From: Candidatus Sericytochromatia bacterium
GTDB taxonomy: Bacteria > Cyanobacteriota > Sericytochromatia > S15B-MN24 > UBA4093
Assembly: GCA_036676495.1 (NCBI GenBank)
Contig: JAKFCT010000001.1
Span: forward strand, 26,335-90,334
Direction of reading: 5' to 3'
DNA: 64,000 nt
Shown here: positions 1-9,157 of the stretch, in pieces
Position numbering within the stretch: the first letter of the stretch is position 1
Layout: each line of letters opens with the position of its first letter
Program-made: the position numbers and the translations under genes
Notes under the pieces: model-generated
Database searches by the model: none
What the model was told of the DNA's origin: nothing
The model's input: the letters and a program-made list of their open reading frames with translations, nothing else

Positions 1-667
1 TTTGAAGGGCGGAGATCACCTGGCCAGCCACCGTGATGGCGTCCACCGAGAGATGGGGCATCGCGCCGTGGCCGCCGCGCCCCCGCAGGGTCAGGGTGAA
101 CTCGTCGGTGTTGGCCATGACGGGGCCGGATCGCACGCCGACCTGCCCGACCTCGAGCAGGTTCCAGACATGCAGGCCCAAGGCGGCGTCGACCTTGGGG
201 TTGAGGAGCACTCCCTCCTCGATCATCGGCAGCGCGCCGCCGGGGCCTTCCTCTGCCGGCTGGAAGACCAGTTTCACGACGCCGTCGAACTCCGCGCGGC
301 GGGAGTGAAGGACCCGGGCCGTCGCCAGGAGCATGGCGGCATGGGCGTCATGGCCGCATGCGTGCATCTTGCCGTCATGGCGGGAGCGGTAGGGGACGTC
401 GTTGAGTTCGGTCACCGGCAAGGCGTCGATATCGGCGCGCAAGAGCACGGTCTTACCGGGAAGCCGCCCACGGATGAGGGCCACGACGCCCGTCTTGGCG
501 ACGCCGGTTTGGATCTCGTCGATGCCGACCGCCCGGAGGGCCTCGACGATGCGACTGGCCGTCCGCTGCTCCTCGAAGCCGAGCTCGGGAAACATGTGAA
601 AGTCGCGACGTTCCTGGCTCATCTGGCCAGCGAGCGCCTTGACGTCATGGTCGAAAGCAAGAGCCAT
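1..667 (-). CDS. M20D family amidohydrolase (hippurate/N-acyl amino acid hydrolase-like), 3' end outside window
   Basis: Own translation of minus strand: MALAFDHDVK...RRDFHMFPELGFEE...LLRADIDALP...MHACGHDAH...FQPAEEGPGG...GRGGHGAMPH; AAGGAG RBS; the + strand ORF 2..793 is its shadow. Confidence 0.92.
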   Translation of the reverse strand, partial: MALAFDHDVKALAGQMSQERRDFHMFPELGFEEQRTASRIVEALRAVGIDEIQTGVAKTGVVALIRGRLPGKTVLLRADIDALPVTELNDVPYRSRHDGKMHACGHDAHAAMLLATARVLHSRRAEFDGVVKLVFQPAEEGPGGALPMIEEGVLLNPKVDAALGLHVWNLLEVGQVGVRSGPVMANTDEFTLTLRGRGGHGAMPHLSVDAITVAGQVISALQ

Positions 668-767
668 CCGCATCTCCTTTTCGAAGGGGGGGACAATCCA
701 GTTTACCATTCGTCCTGTTTCCAGGCAGCCTTGCAGCCGCACGCGCGGCAGGAACTGCGAGATTCGC

Positions 768-796
768 TTGAATGGGCGGGGGGGTTGGCGTAGAAT
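768..796 (+). promoter_or_regulatory. sigma70-type promoter for ferredoxin
   Basis: TTGAAT-N17-TAGAAT. Confidence 0.6.
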
Positions 797-854
797 TCTC
801 ATGTTCCCCCCTGTGGGAACCCAGCAATCAATTCAGCAAGGGGTTCGATTCACC

Positions 855-1091
855 ATGGCCGACAAATCATCAGCATTTCCCGATAACGTTCCCGGCAAGT
901 ACTACGTCGACGACACCTGCATCGTCTGCGGCGCCTGCGAAGCGGCCGCTCCCGATAACTTCAAGCTCTCCGACGACGGCAGCCACGACGTCGTTTACCA
1001 GCAGCCCCAGAACGAGGCCGAAGAAGAAGCCTGCCGCGAGGCCATGGAAGGCTGTCCGGTCGGCGCCATCGGCGACGACGGCGACGCGTAG
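855..1091 (+). CDS. single-cluster ferredoxin (4Fe-4S/3Fe-4S)
   Basis: YYVDDTCIVCGAC...GCPVGAI, acidic, 78 aa from ATG 855. Confidence 0.92.
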   Translation: MADKSSAFPDNVPGKYYVDDTCIVCGACEAAAPDNFKLSDDGSHDVVYQQPQNEAEEEACREAMEGCPVGAIGDDGDA

Positions 1092-1161
1092 CGCGACGTT
1101 CCTTTCCCATCCAGCCGGGACGGCCGTCCCAGCGACACGCGGGGGCGATGCCCCCGCGTTC

Positions 1162-1473
1162 TCACTCCGTGGAGTAAACCAGCTTCCCCAGGTCCCCGAT
1201 CGACAGGCCGAACTTGCGGGCCGCCAGTTCCTTGGCCTCCCGCTGACTGAGCTCGAGCTGATCCGAGATGAACAAGAAGGGCCTGCGCATCAAGGGGTCG
1301 CCCTCCTCGCAGACGCAGGCCTCCAGGATGCGCCGGTTCGCCTCCGTGAAATGACCCGAGTTGCGGAAGAGGTCGCCGGTGAGCACGTTGAGGTAGTAGC
1401 CCTTGCGATCCCGGATCTCGGGGAAACTCAGGAAGTCCCCCTCCCCCACCATCTTGACGTTCAAGCGTGCCAT
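1162..1473 (-). CDS. hypothetical protein (103 aa)
   Basis: ATG 1473 preceded by AGGAGG; protein-like composition MARLNVKMVGEGDFLSF... Confidence 0.7.
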   Translation of the reverse strand: MARLNVKMVGEGDFLSFPEIRDRKGYYLNVLTGDLFRNSGHFTEANRRILEACVCEEGDPLMRRPFLFISDQLELSQREAKELAARKFGLSIGDLGKLVYSTE

Positions 1474-1617
1474 AGGCCCCTCCTGTCTCCCATTCCCTCG
1501 ATGATAGGCGATGCGGCTTCCCCTACCAACAGACGAGGCATGGTCTCCGTGGCGGCCCGCGGAGAGGCTTGGTAGAATGGCGGGCACGCTCCCCCCCGTT
1601 ACCGCAAAGGAGGCCGC

Positions 1618-2352
1618 ATGACCCGCGACGGCATGGCGCAATTGACCTGGCTCGGTCACTCCGCCTTCAAGTTAACGACCCCCACCGGGAAAACCCTGCT
1701 CATCGACCCGTGGGTCATGGGCAACCCGGCATGCCCCGAGCCCCTCAAAACGGTGGACGCTCTCGACGCGATGCTCATCACGCACGGCCACTTCGACCAT
1801 ATCGGAGACGCCGTGGATCTGGGCAAGCGAACGGGCTGCGCCACAGTCGCCATCTTCGAGACGGCGCACTGGCTGGAAAAGAAGGGCCTCACCGAGACCC
1901 GCGGCATGAACAAGGGCGGCACCCAGGAGGTGGCCGACGTCAAAGTCACCATGGTCTCGGCCGACCATTCCTGCGGCATCCTGGACGGAGACCAGATCGT
2001 CTACGGCGGCGAGGCCGCGGGCTACGTCATCGAGCTTCCCGACGGCTTCACGATCTACCATGCCGGCGATACCAACGTTTTCGGAGACATGGCCCTGATT
2101 GGCGAGCTCTACCGCCCGGACGTCGCGCTCATTCCCATCGGGGGCCACTTCACGATGGGTCCCCGGGAAGCCGCCAAGGCCATCGAGCTGCTGGGAGTCA
2201 AGCAGGTCATCCCCATGCATCACGGCACCTTCCCGGCCCTCCGGGGAACCCCGAAAGCCCTGGCGGAGCTGACGCGCGAGCGCGGAGTGGCGGTCCATGG
2301 CCTCATGCCGGGCGAAACGTTCGTCGCCTCCCGCGCCAAAGCCACGCGCTAG
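1618..2352 (+). CDS. metal-dependent hydrolase, metallo-beta-lactamase fold (UPF0173-like)
   Basis: TWLGHSAF, THGHFDH, YHAGDT, IPMHHGTF; AAGGAGG RBS. Confidence 0.93.
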   Translation: MTRDGMAQLTWLGHSAFKLTTPTGKTLLIDPWVMGNPACPEPLKTVDALDAMLITHGHFDHIGDAVDLGKRTGCATVAIFETAHWLEKKGLTETRGMNKGGTQEVADVKVTMVSADHSCGILDGDQIVYGGEAAGYVIELPDGFTIYHAGDTNVFGDMALIGELYRPDVALIPIGGHFTMGPREAAKAIELLGVKQVIPMHHGTFPALRGTPKALAELTRERGVAVHGLMPGETFVASRAKATR

Positions 2353-2437
2353 GCGAGCCTACCGCCTTGCGGTAAGATCGGCTCAAGGACACGACGCGGC
2401 CCCGAGGTTCTCCTCGGGGCCCTTTAAGGGAGGCTCC

Positions 2438-2800
2438 ATGACCGTCACCGTGTACACCAAGAAGGGATGCAGCACGTGCACCCAGGCCCGGCGCTGGCTC
2501 CAGCAGAAGGGCGTCTCCTTCACCGAGCGGGAACTCTTCGAAGCCCCCCTCAGCGCCGATGAGATCCAGGCCATGCTAGGCGAACGTCCCGCGTCGGAGT
2601 TGCTGTCGACCAAAAGCCCCCGCTTCAAGGCGTTGGGCTTGGCAGGAAAAGCCCTGACGGACGCGGAGCGCATCCAGTGGATGGCGCAAGAGCTTTACTT
2701 GATTCGACGCCCCACGTTTCGGGTCGGCACGGATCTCATCATCGGGCTGGACAAAACGCGGCTGGAGGCCGCGATCCCATCCCCCCGGACCCCGCGCTGA
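2438..2800 (+). CDS. ArsC/Spx/MgsR family protein
   Basis: VYTKKGCSTC (CxxC) and LIRRP; GGGAGG RBS before ATG 2438. Confidence 0.85.
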   Translation: MTVTVYTKKGCSTCTQARRWLQQKGVSFTERELFEAPLSADEIQAMLGERPASELLSTKSPRFKALGLAGKALTDAERIQWMAQELYLIRRPTFRVGTDLIIGLDKTRLEAAIPSPRTPR

Positions 2801-2804
2801 CGGC

Positions 2805-2838
2805 GTTGCGACCGGCAGTCTTCGCTGCCGGTCGCAAC
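2805..2838 (+). terminator. stem-loop downstream of ArsC/Spx gene
   Basis: 14-bp perfect stem GTTGCGACCGGCAG / CTGCCGGTCGCAAC, no U tract. Confidence 0.5.
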
Positions 2839-3064
2839 CGTCGCGGGGGCTCCCCCGCCGACCCCGCTCAAAGGCGCCAAGGAAGCGGATTCTGCCGCGG
2901 CTTTGGCGCCTTTGCACATGGGCAAACTAACCAAGTTTTCTCCCGAATTAGACTGAATACCGATCGAACGGCAGCAGGTTAAATTGAGAACACCAACCAA
3001 GCTAGGGGTTGGTCCAGCACCGCCGCATCGCTCTAGTACAGCTGTAGAAGAGAAGGAGAAAGCT

Positions 3065-3817
3065 ATGTCCCGCATCTCGTTCCTCGTCGCCGCCATCGCC
3101 GGAACCCTCGCCATCCAAGCCTGCGCCGTCCAGTCTCCCAGCGCCTCCAGCAGCAATCTCAGCTTGCCCGGCATCGAGCCGGTGGCCGCTTCGGCCACCC
3201 AGACGGGCACCGACGTCACGGTCAGCCTCGCGGGCACCAGTTACGCCACGCAGTACGTCAGCGGTGACATCGAGGAGATCCTGATCGGCCTCTATGACAC
3301 GAACCCCGGCAACCCGGTCAACCCCGACTCGGCCGCCAACTTCGCCTTCTCGATCGGGGGTTGGCTCAAGACGGACAACGCCGCCGCCCATCGGTTCACC
3401 GGCGTGGAGTACCCCGTGCCGTACTTCGATGACGTCCGCTACCTCTGTGGCCAAGACATCGACGATCCGACTTACCAGCTCCAGAACGGCCGCTACATGA
3501 TCCGGCGCTTGACCAAGGCGGGTGGAGGCTTCACGTCGCCCACCGTCCACCAGGCCGTGACCTTCTACAACATTCCCGACGGCAACTACAAGGTCTTCGC
3601 GGTCGCTGCCAAGAGCGGCGTCCTGATCGGCCGCGACGTCAAGCCTCTCGACTTCGACGCCTCGGATCGCGTGTTCTATTCCGGCAACTCGGGCCGCAGC
3701 TACGTCCGCACCAACCTCGTGCCCGTGCTCAACCTCGTGCTCGATCCCAATCCGGATGTCGAATCGCACGTCGGCATCGAGGACGATGGCGCGAAGCCCA
3801 ACTTCGGCAATCCTTAG
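3065..3817 (+). CDS. putative lipoprotein of unknown function
   Basis: AAGGAG RBS; MSRISFLVAAIAGTLAIQAC lipobox-like signal. Confidence 0.8.
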   Translation: MSRISFLVAAIAGTLAIQACAVQSPSASSSNLSLPGIEPVAASATQTGTDVTVSLAGTSYATQYVSGDIEEILIGLYDTNPGNPVNPDSAANFAFSIGGWLKTDNAAAHRFTGVEYPVPYFDDVRYLCGQDIDDPTYQLQNGRYMIRRLTKAGGGFTSPTVHQAVTFYNIPDGNYKVFAVAAKSGVLIGRDVKPLDFDASDRVFYSGNSGRSYVRTNLVPVLNLVLDPNPDVESHVGIEDDGAKPNFGNP

Positions 3818-3864
3818 TCGGCACTCCCCTGACGCCCCAAGCGGGCCAGAAGCGAAACGCCCAC

Positions 3865-3897
3865 TTCCCCCCGTTCCCGGCATGGGAACGGGGGGAA
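3865..3897. terminator. hairpin between convergent genes
   Basis: 14-bp stem TTCCCCCCGTTCCC / GGGAACGGGGGGAA. Confidence 0.65.
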
Positions 3898-3938
3898 ACC
3901 GTATGACTGGGGCGGTGCGTCGGAGCGCGCGATTTTTA

Positions 3939-4466
3939 CTAGCGGGTGATCTCGACCTGCAAGGCGTCGTTGACGCGGTTGAAGTAGTTGAACAAGCCGA
4001 TGACGGAGACCAACTCCACGATCTCGGAGTCGGTGAAATGGGAGGCGAGCTCGGCCCAAAGCGTGTCGTCGACCCGCTTCGCGTCCCGCGTCATCTGCTC
4101 GGCCAAGGCGAGCGCGGCCTTTTCGGCCGGGGTGAATGCGCCCGAAGCCTCCCAGGCCTCCAGCTCGGCGATGGTCTCATCGGTGGCGCCCAGCTGCTTC
4201 AGCAAGGCCGTATGGGAGGCCAGGCAGTAGGCACAGGCGTTGACCTGGCTGACCCGGACGGTGAGCATCTCCTTGAGCCGGACAGGAACCGTCCCGGAGG
4301 TGAAGACCGCGCGCATGTGAGCGGCGGCCGTGGTCATGATCGCAGGCACCATGGCCAGCGTGCGAAACATGTTGGGGACGTTGCCGCGCTGTGCCTGGAA
4401 GGCATCGAAGACGGCCCGGGAGTCGGGATCGACTTCCGCGACCTCGAGGGGGCGAATACGGGGCAT
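3939..4466 (-). CDS. AhpD/carboxymuconolactone decarboxylase family peroxidase-related protein
   Basis: GNVPNMFR, VSQVNACAYCLASH, FNYFNR. Confidence 0.9.
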   Translation of the reverse strand: MPRIRPLEVAEVDPDSRAVFDAFQAQRGNVPNMFRTLAMVPAIMTTAAAHMRAVFTSGTVPVRLKEMLTVRVSQVNACAYCLASHTALLKQLGATDETIAELEAWEASGAFTPAEKAALALAEQMTRDAKRVDDTLWAELASHFTDSEIVELVSVIGLFNYFNRVNDALQVEITR

Positions 4467-4476
4467 GGGGGCTCCT

Positions 4477-5409
4477 TTACTTGAGGGGGATTCCGGCGGC
4501 CTGCGCCGCGTTCTTCAGTTGTTCCAACCCGTCGGCGGGCCGCAGGATCGTGATCGCTTCCGCGGTCTTGCGCGGATCGATGCCGCCGTAGACGATGCCC
4601 TCGATCAGCTTGCTGGACTCCTTGGGGCCGATGTTCTCCTTGACGATCCGGTTGACCGTGAGGTGAGGAAGATCGAAGTAGGTGACGCGCGACTCCTTGA
4701 ACGCCTCGCGAGCATTCAGGCGCTTGGCGAAGAAGTTGTGGTTGCCGTCCGAGAAGAGGACCCGGCCCGCCAGTTCGGCCTCCTTGTACTGGACCGTGAG
4801 GTTTCCGTACTTGGCGATGTCCTGGGCGTACTTCTTGTTGCCGCCCACCGTGACATAGAGCGGATTGTGCTCGCGTAGTCCCAGGCGGATATCCGCCAGG
4901 TTGCGGCCCGCGACGTAGGAGACGCCCTTGCTGTCGATCTGGGTTTTCAAGGGCAGATCGTAGAGCGAGCGAATCTTCCCTTCGTTGAGCGCGTTGCTGA
5001 AGGAGAGGTTGGTGTAATTGGCCGCGATGACCTGCTGCTTCTTGAAATGCGTGATGAGGGCGTCGTACTTCGCCTCGGCCTTGACGCGACTGCCGAATTT
5101 CTCGGTAAGGATGCCGAGGGTCTCTTCCTTGTAGCGCGCGGCGTTGGCCTTGCTCTGCTTCCAGGCGGCGGCGACCTCGGGGTGGAGCTCGATGCGCGTG
5201 GCCTTCACGGGGCGGAACTCGGTCTTGACGAGCTTGAGCTTCTTGCCTTCGATGAGCTGGCGGGCAGACTCGGAGACGAAGAGGGAGTCCTTGGCGACCT
5301 TGCCCGCGATTTCGCGCGTTGCCGTCTTGGCCGCATCGTCGCTCACCGAGCTGAACGACTGGCGCATCCAGGTCCGAAGGCCTTCCATCCCCTGACGCAC
5401 GACGCTCAT
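4477..5409 (-). CDS. hypothetical protein, possible ADP-ribosyltransferase-like (DUF3626-like) domain
   Basis: AGGAGG RBS before ATG 5409; Lys-rich; motif string GKIRSLY...NPLY...KYG...RVLFSDGNH recalls DUF3626; family call is recall only. Confidence 0.7.
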   Translation of the reverse strand: MSVVRQGMEGLRTWMRQSFSSVSDDAAKTATREIAGKVAKDSLFVSESARQLIEGKKLKLVKTEFRPVKATRIELHPEVAAAWKQSKANAARYKEETLGILTEKFGSRVKAEAKYDALITHFKKQQVIAANYTNLSFSNALNEGKIRSLYDLPLKTQIDSKGVSYVAGRNLADIRLGLREHNPLYVTVGGNKKYAQDIAKYGNLTVQYKEAELAGRVLFSDGNHNFFAKRLNAREAFKESRVTYFDLPHLTVNRIVKENIGPKESSKLIEGIVYGGIDPRKTAEAITILRPADGLEQLKNAAQAAGIPLK

Positions 5410-5448
5410 CGTCACCTCCTGCAAACAGCTTCTTAACGATCTCTGTAC

Positions 5449-5475
5449 CTATCGACCGAGGAGGGGAGAACTTTC
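5449..5475 (-). promoter_or_regulatory. sigma-28 (FliA)-like promoter
   Basis: GAAAGTTC-N11-GTCGATAG versus consensus TAAAGTTT-N11-GCCGATAA. Confidence 0.6.
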
Positions 5476-5787
5476 TTGTCGACGCTCTAAGAATGCTTTA
5501 AGGCTCCGAGCCGAAGGACGGACAGTGAGCGACGGAGCGGGTTGACCCTGGAACGAAACCCGATCAATAGCTTAAAGATGCGCTAAGTAGTTTTCTCTGT
5601 TATCCTCTACACAGGCAACGGCGCCATCCTCCGGTGGGACTCAGAGGGCTCGAGAGGTTCAGGACCTCCGGGCTTGCGCTTTGCCGAACTTCATCAAAGC
5701 GTGTTACGATCCACCGGCAGGCTGGTATCGTCGCAAGGTACGTAAAACGGGGCCTTCAGGCCTCATGTCGTCAAAGGAGCTTTCCCC

Positions 5788-6807
5788 ATGGTGGATAAGC
5801 AGACCGCCCTGGATTGGTACCGCCAGATGGTGCTGATCCGGCGCTTCGAGGAGAAGTGCGCCGAGGGATACGCCTACGCGAAGATTGGCGGCTTCCTTCA
5901 CCTCTACATCGGTCAGGAAGCCGTCGCGGTGGGTGCGATCAACGCGCTCAACGACGATGATGACATCGTCACCCACTACCGCGATCACGGGCATGCGATC
6001 GCCCGGGGCCTCGACAGCAACGGCCTGATGGCCGAGCTTTACGGCAAGGAAACCGGATGCAGCAAGGGCCGCGGCGGCTCGATGCACCTCGCCGATGCCT
6101 CCAAGCACATGTGGGGAGGCTACGCCCTGGTTGGCGCCCACCTGCCCCTGGCCGTGGGCATGGCCATGCGGCACCAGTACACCGGTAGCAAGCAGGTCGC
6201 CATCGCCTTCTTCGGCGACGGCAGCACCAACAACGGTGGCTTCCACGAGTCGCTCAACATGGCGGCCGTCTACAAGCTCCCCGTGATCTTCATGATCGAG
6301 AACAACCTCTACTCGATGGGCGTGGCCATCCACCGCGACTCGGCAATCGAGGATCTCCACAAGCGCTCCGTCGCTTACGGCATCCACGGCGAGGCCGTCG
6401 ACGGCATGGATCCCCTGGCGATGTACGAGGCCACCCAGCGGGCGGCCGAGCGCTGCCGCAACGGCGAAGGCCCGGTGCTGCTGGAGGCCAAGACCTACCG
6501 CTTCCGCGGGCACTCCATGGCCGACCCCGAGTACTACCGCAACAAGGAAGAAGTCGAGTTCTGGCGCCAGCGCGACCCGATCGCCAACTGGAAGAAGAAG
6601 CTTCTCGACGACGGCATCGCCACCGAGGACGAGCTCAAGGCCCTCGACGAGTCCGTGGAGCGGGAAATGGACGAGGCGGTGCGCTTCGCGGACGAGAGCC
6701 CCGATCCGGCGCTGTCCACGCTCTGCGATTACCTGTACGCGACCCCCGTGGAGAACGGCGACCTCTGCCGTCAACAGCAGGCTGACAAGCCTGACTACGC
6801 CCAATAG
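5788..6807 (+). CDS. pdhA: pyruvate dehydrogenase E1 alpha
   Basis: GFLHLYIGQEA, GDG...NN ThDP motif, YRFRGHSMADP. Confidence 0.95.
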   Translation: MVDKQTALDWYRQMVLIRRFEEKCAEGYAYAKIGGFLHLYIGQEAVAVGAINALNDDDDIVTHYRDHGHAIARGLDSNGLMAELYGKETGCSKGRGGSMHLADASKHMWGGYALVGAHLPLAVGMAMRHQYTGSKQVAIAFFGDGSTNNGGFHESLNMAAVYKLPVIFMIENNLYSMGVAIHRDSAIEDLHKRSVAYGIHGEAVDGMDPLAMYEATQRAAERCRNGEGPVLLEAKTYRFRGHSMADPEYYRNKEEVEFWRQRDPIANWKKKLLDDGIATEDELKALDESVEREMDEAVRFADESPDPALSTLCDYLYATPVENGDLCRQQQADKPDYAQ

Positions 6808-6819
6808 GAGAGCCTCGCC

Positions 6820-7791
6820 ATGCCCGTCATTACTTACCGTGAAGCCCTGCGCCAGGCCCTGCGCGAGGAAATGCTCCGCGACGACTCCGTCTTCATCCTG
6901 GGCGAGGACATCGCCTACTACGGCGGATCTTACGGCGTGACCAAGGGATTCGTCGAAGAGTTCGGCGAGAAGCGGATCAAGGACACCCCGATCTCGGAGA
7001 CCGCGATCATCGGTGCCGCCACCGGCGCCGCCATGACCGGCCTGCGCCCGATCGCCGAGATCATGAGCTTCAACTTCATCCTCCAGGCGATGGATCAGAT
7101 CGTCAACCACTCGGCGAAGATCCACTACATGTTCGGCGGCCAGATGCAGGTGCCCATGGTCATCCGCACCCCGGCCGGCTGGAGCCAGCTGTCTGCGACC
7201 CACTCCCAGACGCTCGAGCCCCTGTTCGCCTACATCCCCGGCCTCAAGGTCGTCATGCCCAGCACCCCCTATGATGCGAAGGGCCTCCTGAAGGCCGCCA
7301 TCCGGGACAACGACCCGGTGCTCTTCATCGAGCACGCGCTGATCTACGCCACCAAGGGCGAGGTCCCCGAAGAGGAGTACGTCATTCCCATCGGCAAGTC
7401 GGTCGTGCGCCGGCCCGGCAAGGACGTCACCATCGTCTCCTTCTCGCGCATGGCGCTGGAATCGGTGGCGGCGGCCGAGGAGCTGGCCAAAGAAGGCATC
7501 GACTGCGAGATCATCGACCTTCGCTCCCTGCGTCCGCTGGACATGGGTCCGGTGCTCGAGTCGCTGAAGAAGACCAACCGGGTGGTCGTGGCCGAAGAGG
7601 GCTGGAAGTCCCACGGCATCGGCGCCGAGGTCTCCGCGCGCATCATGGAAGAGGGCTTCGACTTCCTCGACGCTCCGGTCAAGCGCGTGGCGGGCATCGA
7701 GATTCCCGATCCCTACAACAAGCACCTCGAGTACCAGGCTTTCCCCCACAAGGCGGACGTCATCAAGGCCGTGCGGGAAGTTCTCAAGTAG
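6820..7791 (+). CDS. pdhB: pyruvate dehydrogenase E1 beta
   Basis: DTPISE, ATHSQ, IDLRSLRPLD. Confidence 0.95.
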   Translation: MPVITYREALRQALREEMLRDDSVFILGEDIAYYGGSYGVTKGFVEEFGEKRIKDTPISETAIIGAATGAAMTGLRPIAEIMSFNFILQAMDQIVNHSAKIHYMFGGQMQVPMVIRTPAGWSQLSATHSQTLEPLFAYIPGLKVVMPSTPYDAKGLLKAAIRDNDPVLFIEHALIYATKGEVPEEEYVIPIGKSVVRRPGKDVTIVSFSRMALESVAAAEELAKEGIDCEIIDLRSLRPLDMGPVLESLKKTNRVVVAEEGWKSHGIGAEVSARIMEEGFDFLDAPVKRVAGIEIPDPYNKHLEYQAFPHKADVIKAVREVLK

Positions 7792-7817
7792 CCCAAGTCA
7801 ACATAAAGAGGTAAATC

Positions 7818-9155
7818 ATGGCCACGAACGTGCTCATGCCCAAGATGGGCTACGACATGACCGAGGGGAAGATTCTCCGCTGGCTCAAGCAGGAAGGCGA
7901 TGCCGTCAACAAGGGCGAGCCGATCGCCGAAATCCAGACCGACAAGGTGAACATCGAAATCGAAGCGTTCGCCGGGGGCGTGCTCGCCAAGATCCTTCAC
8001 GGGGCTGACGAGGACGTGGCGGTCGGCGAGGTCATCGGCATCATCGCCGCGCCGGGCGAGAAGGTGGAAGCTCCCAGCAAGGCCCCCAGCGCGGGGCAGG
8101 CGCTCGCCAACAACGGCTCGGGCCTCGACATGGCCCAGTCCGGCGAAGGCGGCGAGGCCGTCGGCCTTGGAGTCGGCGCCGGAACGGGCGCCAAGGCCAA
8201 CGCGACCGTCGCCCCCTCGGCGGCGATCGAAGAGCCCAGCCGGGTCAAGCAGGCCAACGCCGACGCCCAGCGGGCAGCCGAGGGAGCTCATGCTCCGGCT
8301 CGCCGCGAGGGCGAGCGCGTGAAGGCTTCGCCCCTGGCCAAGAAGATGGCCGCCGCTCAGGGCGTCGAACTGGCAGAAGTGCCGGGGACGGGCCCTGGAG
8401 GCCGGATCGTCAAGCGGGACGTCGAGGGCTACAAGCCGGTCCAGAAGCCCGCGGCGTTCGTGCCCCAGGCCGCGGTCACCGAGGTGCCCCTCACCCGGAT
8501 GCGTCAGGCGATCGCCCGCAGGCTCTCCGAGAGCAAGCAGACCGCCCCGCACTTCTACGTCACCAAGGCCATCGACATGACGGAGGCCGTCGCCTTCCGC
8601 GCCCAGGTCAACCAGACCTTGACCGGCGCCCAGAAGGTCTCCTTCAACGACATGGTCATCAAGGCCGTCGCCAAGGCCCTCAAGGCGTTCCCCAACGTCA
8701 ACGCCTCCTGGGCCGAGGACCGGATCGTCCAGCATGAGGTCATCAACGTCGGCATGGCCGTCGCGCTGCCCGAAGGCCTGGTCGTTCCCGTCATCACCGA
8801 TGCCTACGGCAAGACCCTGTCGCAGATCGCCGAGTCCGCCAAGGACCTGGCGGCTCGCGCCAAGGAGAACCGCCTGCGTCCCGACGAGTTCTCGGGCGGC
8901 ACCTGCACCATCAGCAACCTCGGCATGTTCGACGTCGAGTCCTTCACCGCCATCATCAACCCGCCGGAGTCGGCGATCCTGGCGGTCGGCTCCATCGTCA
9001 AGGAGCCCGTGGTCATCAACGACGAAGTGGTCGTGCGCTCGATGATGCGCATCACCATCTCCAGCGATCACCGGGTGATCGACGGGGCGCTCGCGGCTCA
9101 GTTCCTCGGTGAGGTCAAGCGCCTCCTCGAGACTCCGCTGCTCTTGGTGGTGTAG
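7818..9155 (+). CDS. pdhC: dihydrolipoamide acetyltransferase E2
   Basis: Lipoyl domain (QTDKV), E3-binding ASPLAKK...GTGPGGRI, catalytic DHRVIDG. Confidence 0.95.
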   Translation: MATNVLMPKMGYDMTEGKILRWLKQEGDAVNKGEPIAEIQTDKVNIEIEAFAGGVLAKILHGADEDVAVGEVIGIIAAPGEKVEAPSKAPSAGQALANNGSGLDMAQSGEGGEAVGLGVGAGTGAKANATVAPSAAIEEPSRVKQANADAQRAAEGAHAPARREGERVKASPLAKKMAAAQGVELAEVPGTGPGGRIVKRDVEGYKPVQKPAAFVPQAAVTEVPLTRMRQAIARRLSESKQTAPHFYVTKAIDMTEAVAFRAQVNQTLTGAQKVSFNDMVIKAVAKALKAFPNVNASWAEDRIVQHEVINVGMAVALPEGLVVPVITDAYGKTLSQIAESAKDLAARAKENRLRPDEFSGGTCTISNLGMFDVESFTAIINPPESAILAVGSIVKEPVVINDEVVVRSMMRITISSDHRVIDGALAAQFLGEVKRLLETPLLLVV

Positions 9156-9157
9156 TC

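Noticed and set aside
2914-2990. c-di-GMP-I riboswitch (GCACATGGGCAAAC start)
   Set aside because: No GAAA tetraloop stem or GACGCAAAG downstream
5600-5787. TPP or other riboswitch in the long pdhA leader
   Set aside because: Lacks the CTGAGA and CCTGA...GCG.AGG core; no family recognisable by eye
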